A stretch of DNA of 64,000 nt from Paragordius varius (taxonomy: Eukaryota; Animalia; Nematomorpha). Under the pieces are notes generated by a model that was not told the origin of the DNA, ran no database searches, and saw only the letters and a program-made list of their open reading frames with translations. Numbering within the stretch: the stretch's first letter is position 1; each line of letters begins with the position of its first letter. Of this stretch, positions 53,380 to 64,000 are shown one piece after another. The DNA is taken from contig OZ176055.1 of assembly GCA_964247055.1 (NCBI GenBank), positions 5,022,001 to 5,086,000 of the forward strand, given 5' to 3'. The translations under genes were made by a program, and so were the position numbers.

Positions 53380-54500
53380 CACTGGACAACAAATTTTTCT
53401 GCCACTCGAGTTTTTTGCATTTTCTGAAATTTAGTATCATTCTAACAGTAAATCTGAAATAAAAATTATGACCCGATGGAAGAATTTTGTATAATTTGAT
53501 TTTTTGATTATGCGCTCTCTTTATCAAAATTTTACTAAAAAATGTTTTTCTTTGAAAATATATAAGTATTGCCCATTTGTAATATATCATTCGAAAGAGT
53601 AATAAAAATCTATAAAATGCAAACTAATATGTATTACATCGACAGTTAATATTGGACACAAAGAGCGACAACGCGAAGCGAGAGCACTTTTTTTAATTTT
53701 TATATTATTAAAACTAATGGATGAAAATAGCTCATACTTTGTTTAGATGGTGATGAATGTCCAAAAAAGATAACACAAGAAAGTTTTTTTGATTAAAACA
53801 TTTTTTTATTGCTTTTATGTCACTCAAAACAGTCATTTTTAAGTTTTTGGTTTTTTAAAAATTACCATCTCATCAATATTAATTTATTTTCTTTACGAGG
53901 CTGATAATTTCGAAATTTTAAACATAAAAGCAAAGTTTTAGGTATTTTTGATCGTTTATAGCCATTATGTAATTAATTTACAGTTATAACTATGCATTTT
54001 AGTATCCACTAGGTAAAATATTTAGGATAATAATAATTTTTATAAATAAAGCAAACCAAAAGCTTTTTCAAACATTTTTTTTAAATTAAATAATAATATA
54101 ACCCTAATAATTATATTTAAATAATTTATATGATTTTCAAATTAGTTTGTCTATGAAAATTCTTGACCTATTTAAGGATTGAAAATTTCGACCATTGAAA
54201 TCCAAATAACTTTTGCATCCGATTGATAAATGTGACTTACTACCATTTAAAAGATGCAGTTTTTTGCGCTCTTTCGAATTATATAAAATACATGGCTTCA
54301 TATCTAAAACTTTAAATTTTCGAAATTTCGAGTTTAATGTTAAATCGGGGCCAAAAATATATTGATAAACTCTAATATAAAAAAATTCTTGAATGCTAGA
54401 CCAATTTTCTTTTCAGATATACTAATTATGTACTTTAATGAAATAAATTTTAAATTTACAAGAATGGCAGTTAAAAAAAGTTAAAATTTGTTGTTTAGTG
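53380..54500 (-). mobile_element. Family A MITE, complete (1121 bp)
   Basis: TIRs CACTGGACAACAAATTT / AAATTTGTTGTTTAGTG, exact TSD TAG. Confidence 0.9.
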
Positions 54501-54524
54501 TAGTTAACTATCTGTTTATTTTAA

Positions 54525-56639
54525 TTTATATATATATATATATATATAAATGGAAAATGCTGGCTTTGTGATCTGGTACCGGAAAACCGGTAGACCCATT
54601 CAAATCCAAATATCGAAAAAATATAATCATTAATGAATGCTTCGACAATAGCTTCGCCCTTTTTTGAAATAGCCCCCCAGTTCGGGCCCACCCCGCGTGA
54701 AAAACGGGTTTTTTTTAAAACCTAAGTCCACACAAATCGTGTTTTGGAGACAATTTTCCGGAAAATGTGTTGCATTCGATTACAAATATCATTTTTAGTT
54801 ACTTTTTTTCGATTGCGCCGAACATAGTCGGCTCGCTTTTTTAATTTAGGCCCTCTTTTTACCCCCCCCCCCCCCCCCCCGTAGAATGCCATTTTTTCAA
54901 AAATAAGTCTACAAAAATAATTTTTTTAATCTCTTTTTCCCCCATGAGAGACCGTAAAAATTTATTGAGGATTCTTGGTATTTAAAAGGCAAACATTTTA
55001 ATCGCGCGTTTTCTTTGTCTCAGCTTCCCGTTAGTGAGCTACCCGCCTAAAACTGCGTCACCATATCAGTATTGCGTTGTTTAGGAGTTAATTTTTAGAA
55101 AACTTATTAGGTCATATAAGTTTAATAAGGGTTTGAAATATTACCCGTAAAAAGGCAAAAATTTAGGTCGAGCGGTTTTTAAATTAACCGTTAATTAGGC
55201 CCTTTACGACCTAAAATGCACTATCACTGAACTATTATTTAATTTTGAAGTTATTCTTCCAAAAACTATTAAGAACATATGGTATGAATGATGATGATTC
55301 CAGGTATTCCCCTATAAAGGCAAAATTTTTTATCAAACGTCTTTTTTATATAGGCCTCAGGGTAGGGGGCTACCTGCCTACAGCTGCGCCACTATATCGA
55401 TACATGGAGGCAAATTTTAGAGAACGCCATATGAGTTCAATAACGGCTTGAAAGGCAAAAATTTAAGTAGAGAGGTTTTATTAAATTACCGGTTAATTAG
55501 GCCCTTGCTCTGAAAAATGCGCCACCATAGAATGACTTTTTGGTTTGAGGCAATTTTTCGAAAATCCTACGAGAGCATATTGAATCAATCATAATTTCAG
55601 GTATTACCCGAATTAAGGCAAATTAATCGAGCGTTTTTTTGTTTCGCCCCAGGTTAGAGTGCTACCCGTGTAAAACTGTATCACCATATTGATACAGATG
55701 CCTTTTGAACCAAATTTCCGAAAACATATGAGACTATGTCAGTACAATAAGGGTCTAAAATATTTATTGCCTTTTAAAAAAACAAATATTTTAGTATAGG
55801 GGGTTATTTCATGAGTCGCTAAGTAGAGTTTAACGCCCTGAAAAATGGGCCGCCATAGAAGAATTTTTTAGTTTTGAAGCATCCAAGAACTTATGAACAT
55901 ATGGAATCCATGATAATTCCAGATATTTCCCATATAAAGGCACAAATTTTGCACAAACGCTTTATACCTGCCCCTGAAGGAGCTACCCGCCAATGCGCCA
56001 CTATAGAGAAATTGCGTTGTTTTGGCTACAGAAAATTTATGAAGCCATATGAGCTCATTAATGCTTGAAATATTACCCGTAACTAGGTAAAATTAAGTTC
56101 AGGCGTTTTTTTATTAGCCGATAATTTGGCGCCTTTATGCCCTAAAAATACGCCATTATAAAACGATTATTTAGTATTAAGGTATTTTTTCAAATAACCT
56201 ATGAGACGATGATATCAAAAATGATTTTAAATATTTGCCCTATGCAGGCAAAGAATTTAACTCAGCGCTTTTTTCATATAGGTCTATGGGTAGGGGCCTA
56301 CCAGTTTAAAACTGAGGCGACATACAAAAATGGCTTGGTTTTGGATCAAATTTTCCAAAAACTTAAGTAGCCATACTAGTTCAATTAAAAATACTCATAA
56401 AAAGGTAAAATTTATGTAAAGCGGTTTTTTCCGTTAGCCGTCAATTTGGGGCCTTTACACCAGTAAACAACATATTGGTATAAATGCACAGTTTTGAAAA
56501 TTCTATGAAGCCGTTTTGAAAATCCTATGAGATCATAACTATTAAATAATGTTTCGAAATAATCCACATATGCCCCCCCCCCTTTTAAGAAGTCCGAACG
56601 ACTTCCTCGGGCTGCGTAGCAGCCGGAGATTTACACTAG
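54525..56639 (+). mobile_element. Non-autonomous Helitron with internal satellite-like array
   Basis: 5' TTTATATA..AAATGGAAAATG. 3' hairpin CTCGGGCTGC-GTA-GCAGCCGGAG (56606-56628) followed by CTAG|T. The body is the reverse complement of about 26220-28140. Confidence 0.8.
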
Positions 56640-57559
56640 TTAAAAATAAAATCTTTTACCGCATATTAACATGTTTTTATGATTCAAATTTTACGGCTAA
56701 TGCTATTTTAGCTTATATTCTATTAAGACTCTCTAGGACCCTACGTAAAAATGTAAAATATTTATTGATAATGTTTTGCCTTTAGAAATACCTTGATGCT
56801 ATATTATACAAATGAAATTTCACGCGTTTTCATTCATTGTATTTAATTTTATTTGACAATATGCGATAAAAATACGATTTTTTGATTTTGACTAATTGCA
56901 AAAAAATTAAAATAATTTCTAGTATTTTAACCACATATATCATTTCGATATTCATTATCCTGAGCTATCGAATGATATATAATTCATTAATATTAATTTT
57001 TGATGCTCACCATGTAACACTAAAACATATATTATCATATTATATTAGAAAAATACATATGCTTACAATAATCAAAAAATCTATCAATATTTGTTTTAGA
57101 TATTAAAGCCGGCCGAAAAGAAAAACAAATATCAATATAGTGGAATGTTAGATAACGAATATACTTAGCTCAATTTAATATCAAGATTGGTAATAAGAAT
57201 TAATTAATTTATAGACCAAGCATACGAACTGTTGCGAATATTGTTGAACGAAATCTTAACCTTTATTATTAATAAATTATAATGTTGAAATAATCCTATA
57301 AACTAAATTATTTCCTGGAATTAATTAATATTTACATACATTCAGTAGACTCCCCTATAATAACCCGCCAATGAGTTCTTTCGAATAAACAGCACCAAAA
57401 ACTAATTGGCTACTGCTGATCATTATATAATGGATTGGTAAATATAGCCCTAGTATTTAGTCTTTTAAGTTGAATCCTTCCTATAAGGTCGGTATTTTGT
57501 GACTCTTTCAATCAGTCAAAAAATAAAATATCTTTTTCAGCTGAAACCCATCACCTTTT

Positions 57560-58650
57560 TTAAAACGTTTATTTACTTTTTTCCCATATTTTTTCGTTGC
57601 CGGATAGTAAGGGCATACACGGCTTAAAAAACTGCTGCTCCCTAATTTATTCAGTATTTTATCGCTATTTAACTTTTCTTTCTCGCTATTACTTGTTCCT
57701 TTTTATTCAATGTTTTCTAATTAAACGCAAACATCTGGATGCCTTCAAATATACCCTGCTAATCACATCATTTGTTTGGCCACATGAAGCGTCACATCAT
57801 TAAACAGAAAGAGCCAGGAAATAATGCTTTGCTGTTCTCCAAAACATCGAAATTTGTTGCGTCCAAGAAACTCGCTGGAAGAACTTTGCTTCCAAAATCA
57901 TTCCAGATAAATTGTTTTGGTCTAAATCCGATGGCCGTTCACCAGTTTTAGCCCCGCAAATTGGTTGTGAATCAGATTGTATGGATTTATTCTGGTTAGC
58001 TTTATATGAAAAAGTCACTAATACACATTGATTTTATATTTATCGGAAGTGGTAAAAAATCTATTTTCGGCAAAGAGTTTTTACATTATATAATCAGCCA
58101 TGGCAAAAAATAATCCTAAACTTTTTTGTAAAAAATTAGTCGATAATAATATCATTAATAGATTAAAGCTGGACACCGAAATTCCCTTAAATTAAAAACA
58201 ACCTCTCCAGAACGCCTTGAAATTTGAGAATAGCTGCATTGAATTACTAGAGAAGAATGTTGGCAAATTAATAATAAAAAAGCATTAAAATGTGGCGGCA
58301 ACAATCCCTAATAGACATAATTATAGAAATTTGGCTTTCAAAAATGGAAAAAAGAAAAAAGTACCGAAGCCAAATATGTTTAAACCAAGAGAGATTGCCA
58401 TAAAGCCATCGGTGAATCAATAAAAATGGGTGGAGAAAAGGACAAAGAATTGGAAAAAGCTCTATCTCCAGCATATAAATTGGTAAAACATGATAATAAT
58501 ACCGAAACATCTGCAATACGGGGTGATATAGTATAACCCACGAGGCCGAGATATCAAAACCACATGGTATAATCATGCATTCAATATTTTTAACAAACCA
58601 AAAATACCCATCGAAATCACAAGTCCCCACTCAGTATATACTTCATTTCA
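57560..58650 (-). pseudogene. Highly degenerate non-LTR reverse transcriptase
   Basis: Weak similarity to AFDSV.HSW (GFDISASWV), SP.LFNL (SSFNLLM) and downstream motifs. Clade not determined. Confidence 0.35.
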
Positions 58651-58899
58651 ACCCTTTACAAATGATGAAACTGAGTTTTGTTGAAAAAATCTGAAATATA
58701 ACAAATGCCTAGGTTTATCAGAACTCACAAATGAAGTTTTTAAAGCCTGATCACAACTTATTTGTTGATTATTTTACAAATCTTGCATACACGATAGTTA
58801 TAGACAATATTATCCCCAGCAATTGGCTAAAAATCTTTACGATCATAATTTAGAAGGGTCAAGAAAGTCGTTATAACGTTTTTAACTTTCGCCTTATAC

Positions 58900-60928
58900 T
58901 AAAGTGACCAGATAGGCTGTTTTTCGCAGTACAGTACTGGGTTTTCGAAAAAAAACCGCGCCTGTACTGCGCTGACTTTTGTACTGCTTTTTGAAATAAT
59001 TTTTTTATAAATATGTTTAATTACCATTTATTTATATTGTAGAATTCGATAGAGTACCCTTAGTTAAAATAAATAAATGGTTTTTTTTGCTGTAAAAAAC
59101 TATGGCCTTTATATTTTATTTTCTGCTCTAATTATACATGGAGTTGGGTTTTGGACCGGTCAAATCGCTTATGAATGCAGTCATTCGTGAAGTGGCGGAA
59201 CTATCAATATCAGACTCCAGATTTAGGCCAACCTTTCACTCAGGGCTTCCGCAAAAGCGACCTCAAAAATAAACAAAAATAAATTAATATTTTAGTAAAT
59301 TTATCTTTTGAAAATTCAGTTTCATATAAGTTCAGCTAAACTAAATTTATTTGAGTTTACTTTAATTATAATTATCAAACGGAAAATTTTTATATTTCCG
59401 CAACATATTATTTAAAATTCGTTATATTTGGTTTCGATATAACCTTTATTTTCTAGGAAAAAAAACAACTTTTTTATGTTTTGGGGAATTATGTTCCTTA
59501 ATATTTTGCTTCCCCCTAAATTTTAATTTTTAGCCAGTTTTCTTTTCATTCTTTTGTGCATAAACAAATTTGTAGATCTATTTTAATTTTGCCACACACA
59601 CACAGACACACTTAATAATTTTTTTTATTAATCCTTTTCATTCAATTTTCTTTTCCGTGCCTTTTCTTTTCAAAATGTGGACTACGGAAAAAACAACTCA
59701 CAATAGATACCTTGAAATCAATTGTATAATAGTCAAAAATACAAAAAAAAATTGTAAAGCTTTTTTAGATAAAATTTCGCAAAACCATAAATTATTAGGA
59801 CAAATACATAAATCTGAAAAATATATATAATTTATTATTTTTAGATATTATTACTATTATAAAAAAATAATTATTTATTAATAATTATGTCACATCATAT
59901 ACCATTGATTGGGTAGACTCAGAACTATTTGAATTATTTTTGAATTTTACACTGTAGCAAAGTCGGCATCTGTATAATTTCTATCCATTCACCTATCTTT
60001 TCTTCATCAACGCATAGTTTTACCTGCTGTCAAATAGTAATTTCTAAAAAGCTATGGAACAGAACTTTCATAAGATCGTGTGTGAATGATGTTATCTGCA
60101 CGGCAACATCTTATAAAAACCAGATATATTGTTTCCCTCTATTTTTATTATCGTATATTGGTAATTATATTGTTTTTATTTCCGGAAAACCGGTAGATCC
60201 ATTCAAATCCAAATGTCGAAAGAATATAATCATTGATGAATATGCCTCGACAACAGCTTCGCCCTTTTTTTAAATTAGGCCCCCTGTTCAGGCCCACCCC
60301 GTGTAAAAAACGGTTTTTTTTGAAAACATAAATCCACAGAAATCGTGTCTTTAAGAGAATTTTCTGGAAAACGTGTTGGACCATTCAATTTAAAATATGA
60401 TTTGTTTACTTATTTTCGATTGCGCCAAACATAATCGGCTCGCTTTTTTAATTAAGGCAATCTTTTTACCCGCTCCTCCCGTAAAATGTCATTTTTCCAA
60501 AAAAATTCAAAAGTAATTGTTTGAATCTATTTTTCGCCCAAGTAAACAATATATTAGTATGAATGCACCGTTTTGACTATGAGATCATAGCTAATAAATA
60601 ATGTTTCGAAATAATCCACATATGTGGATCATTTTAATATCCCTTTTTTCAAATAACCCCCCCCCCCAGTCCGAAGGACTTCCTCGGGCTGCTTAGCAGC
60701 ACGAGATTTATGCTAGTATTATATATCCATATATATAATTATATGTACATACATTTATATCATATGTTTAATAAATTTATTGTTGGATATTTTAATTGTT
60801 TCTAATGAGCTTATAAATAGTAACGAACAATATCATTTAATATAAAACACCGAAAATCCGGTTAAAAAATAGTCAAATTATGCTTTAATTTTGTACTGCA
60901 CCAGGGTTCTAAATATCTGGTCACATTA
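58900..60928. mobile_element. Non-autonomous hAT element (related TIR to 18973-22195) carrying a Helitron derivative
   Basis: Ends are TAAAGTGACCAGAT and ATCTGGTCACATTA, with exact 8-bp TSD CCTTATAC and subterminal GTACTG repeats. Confidence 0.88.
60180..60716 (+). mobile_element. Internally deleted Helitron derivative
   Basis: The 5' region matches 54578-54920 and is joined to the 3' tail with hairpin CTCGGGCTGC-TTA-GCAGCACGAG and CTAG|T. Confidence 0.75.
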
Positions 60929-62099
60929 CCTTATACGCATTTTGAACATGGTTTTAAAATCTTTGAAAATATGTTAGCTAAAATCCGTTCCTACTGCAGC
61001 ATAAATTCTATGCAATTTGTATTTTTAAAAACAAGGGGATCATAGACGCATCAATAAAATATATTATAAAAATCAAAACAGTAGTTCTAAAAAATATTAA
61101 TTTTTAGATGTGCGCTCCGAAAATCCCAAATTTTTTTCGCTGGCTGGAATAAAAGCAAAAATGTCGAGATTGCGCTCTAATTATTTATATATGCTAAATA
61201 TCGATATCAACTAAAAATATTCTCTAATGTATACTTTTTTCAAAACTTATAAACAATTTTTTTTGAAGCGGGCTTCATACTATTTTGAGGCATGATGGAA
61301 ACGGTATAGAAACGCTTTAAGACATGATAAAAACACTTTTTGTATATTCGATGATGCTAATATTTATTTCCATCGCTTCACAATTTTAATTAAATGGTTC
61401 GTTTGTCTTCAAATTTTTGTGGATTTTATAAAAAAACAGAATTTTTTTAACAATAAATTTGAAGACGGACTAATGTTTTAATCTAAAATTTGAGAGATAG
61501 AAATATTAAGCATCCTCAAATTATATAAAAAAGTGTTTTTATAATGTCTTAAAGAGTTAAAACGTTTCCATCATGCCTTAAAATAGTATGAAGTTCCCTT
61601 CAACGAACTTGCTAAAAATTAAATTTTAATAAATGTATGCATTATTTTAAAAATATTTTCGATTGATATGAAAATTTAGCATATATTTTAAATTTTTTCA
61701 CGCAATGGCATTTTTGCTTTTATTAAAAGAAAACTAGATTAATTCAGAACATCGAAAATTGGGACTCCGGTAAAAAATATTGTTTTTGCTATATGTAGCT
61801 TAAGATATATTCTGATATTTTTTGAAACCAAACATTTATCTTTTACCAAAAAAATATACAAAAAAATGTGCGCAAATGTTTTCTGATATGGAGCACTTAC
61901 CTCAAAAGTGTAAATAACTTTCTTAATTCATTCGTAAGGGCCAAAAGCATGATAATCCTGATACATTTTCCTATCAAAAGATATAATCAGATTATTTTTT
62001 TGTGGACACTGTGTTGTATGCCAATTACTTAATATTATGCGCCACCTCAGCAAATGAATTAAAAAATTAAATTTAGGTAATCATACCCAAGTACATTCG

Positions 62100-62730
62100 G
62101 TCTGAAAGTGAATACATCGAAAACTAAGCTAATGTGCGATGACAAGAACACGATAAAATGGCCTTACTATGTGTGCTCGTTGAATGTAACGTTAAATTCA
62201 GTAAAATGTGACAATTTAAAATGCATGCAATATCCCACTTTTAAAAGTTTATATGATAGCTAAAACTTTATATGCTCGCTGTGCAATGCAACAAACACAA
62301 TAACCATAGCATCCCCTCATCGCGAGTCTTCCACTTCTTTCAATTTATACACAAATTTATATACCTTGATGATACTTTAGATGCTTGTGGTGGCATTGAA
62401 CGGTTTTATCGCAAATCAAAGCCTGCTGGGTAAAGTGTCTTAGTTAGCGCCCGTTAAGAATAAATATCTTTTACTTAGTTCAAAAGCTAAATTATGGCCA
62501 CTATGCGTCCTTTCATACTATATGGTACGGACACGTGGCCAATAACAAAATCAAATCTTCAATCACTGCCAAAGGGGGAGCAAATCCTAAATGCCACCCT
62601 TTTCACACATAACTCTAATATCTACGATTCCCAATCCAAATTCTATCCCTATCAAACCTTAAATATTAGACGTCTACGCTGGGCTGCTCACATCCGAACC
62701 CAAGACTCAAACTGGATAAAGATGATATAA
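62100..62730 (+). pseudogene. LINE RT C-terminal fragment
   Basis: KFIYLD, RPFILYGTDTWPITK, RRLRWAAHIR. Confidence 0.7.
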
Positions 62731-63206
62731 TCAAATTTTTAACCTCTTTGCCAATTATGTAAAAAGATATAAAATTCTCCATATTAAAATCGAACAAGCT
62801 GAATACAGAAATATAAAAAACTCTAACAATCTTACTTTATGAAGAAAATGGCATATAAGTGATTTAAATGTTATCCAAAGTATTATATTACACTCATAAT
62901 TAGGGGGATAAATAAATAACCTGATATATGTATTCTGATATAAAAATACATCAGGATTTCACAGTGCTTTTGGTTTTGGCCCTTTACAAGTAATTTAAGA
63001 AAGTTAATAATTTTGTGGTAAATACTCATATCGGAAAATGGCAAAATTTGCGCACATTTTTTAAATAAAAATTTTTTGGTAAAAGCTAGAGGCTTCATTT
63101 GTAAAAACAAAATATATCTTAAACTCCATATAGCAAAACGATATTTTTTAAAAATTTTATTTTTTATAAGTGGGCTCCGGAGTCCTAAATTTTTTTCGAT
63201 GTTTTA

Positions 63207-63396
63207 CAGTATGATTATGTATACACTGCTAGAAAGTTATTTATTGTTGCCAAATAGCATATACAAGGGCAGTATTATTGGCTTATAGTTATTTTTTTAA
63301 CTTTTTACTATTATTAGCCAATAATTATTCTCTTCCCTGCATATGCTATTTGGCAATAATTAATAACTTTCTAGCAATATATACTTACTCATACTG
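63207..63396. mobile_element. 190-bp hairpin MITE (Tc1/mariner-type ends, TA TSD) inserted in a family E remnant
   Basis: TA|CAGTATGA..TCATACTG|TA, with arms nearly complementary along the whole length. Confidence 0.8.
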
Positions 63397-63619
63397 TAAA
63401 TTAGGCTAGTTTTCTTGTATACTCAGCTGTTGCGGCAGCTCATCTACTATCTTTTATGTTAATATATTGATAAAGGTCCCTACTCTTTATGAGTAGGTCT
63501 GGAAGAAAAAAGGCATTCCCCAATAATTCCTTTGTTAATTGCCAAATTTAAATGCAGTGTGCAAATTTCCAAATAAATTATGGACCAAATCTATATTTAA
63601 TTCGGCTACATACCAAAAC

Positions 63620-64000
63620 AAAGCTTGCTTGGAATATTAATTCTTACTGGAAAAACTTTGGAAATAGCGACGATATTAGATGATAGAAATATATGGTATG
63701 TGTGATACAAGAATGTCGTGTAAATTCTGGCTCAAAAATGTCTTGAATCAAATAATAACTCATCTGGTACAGGTTTCTTCATTCATAATAACTGCTGCGA
63801 GTTTGTTATATCCCAAGAAGAAATTAATGACCGAATTTATAAAATCCGTTGTAATGTGGAAGGTAAAATTATAAACATATATTCTGCATACGCCCCTCAA
63901 CAAAACTACATGACTGAGGAAAGAATCTCGTTTTGGGGCCATCTTCATTAATCACTCATTCCTATCCCAATTCAGGAACAGCTAATTATCGTTGGCCCTC
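63620..64000 (+). pseudogene. LINE APE endonuclease N-terminal fragment, running off the window
   Basis: LAWNIN, VIQECR, ISAYAPQ-like (TYSAYAPQQ), FWGHL. Confidence 0.75.

Overview
Very AT-rich eukaryotic nuclear DNA, probably animal, made up mostly of nested transposon debris. Two intact-looking genes are fragmented in the ORF track because of their introns: a ZIP9/SLC39A9-type zinc transporter on the minus strand (about 3506-13492, at least 7 exons) and a protein phosphatase 1 catalytic subunit on the plus strand (44631-47068, 6 exons). The main signal is a bimodal intron architecture. Seven GT-AG introns are only 21-23 nt long, and four others in the same genes are 1.4-4.9 kb and filled with TEs. 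Most intron positions match my recollection of the vertebrate orthologues. The rest of the window holds RTE-like LINE fragments, two large hAT elements and a hAT MITE with exact 8-bp TSDs, six copies of a CACT-ended MITE, foldback-type elements ending in TACCATTT, Helitrons with internal satellite-like arrays, and a tRNA-derived SINE-like repeat. One of the hAT elements carries an inverted copy of its own transposase. Everything was read by eye; TE boundaries without a TSD are approximate, and family names come from recalled motifs, not database searches.
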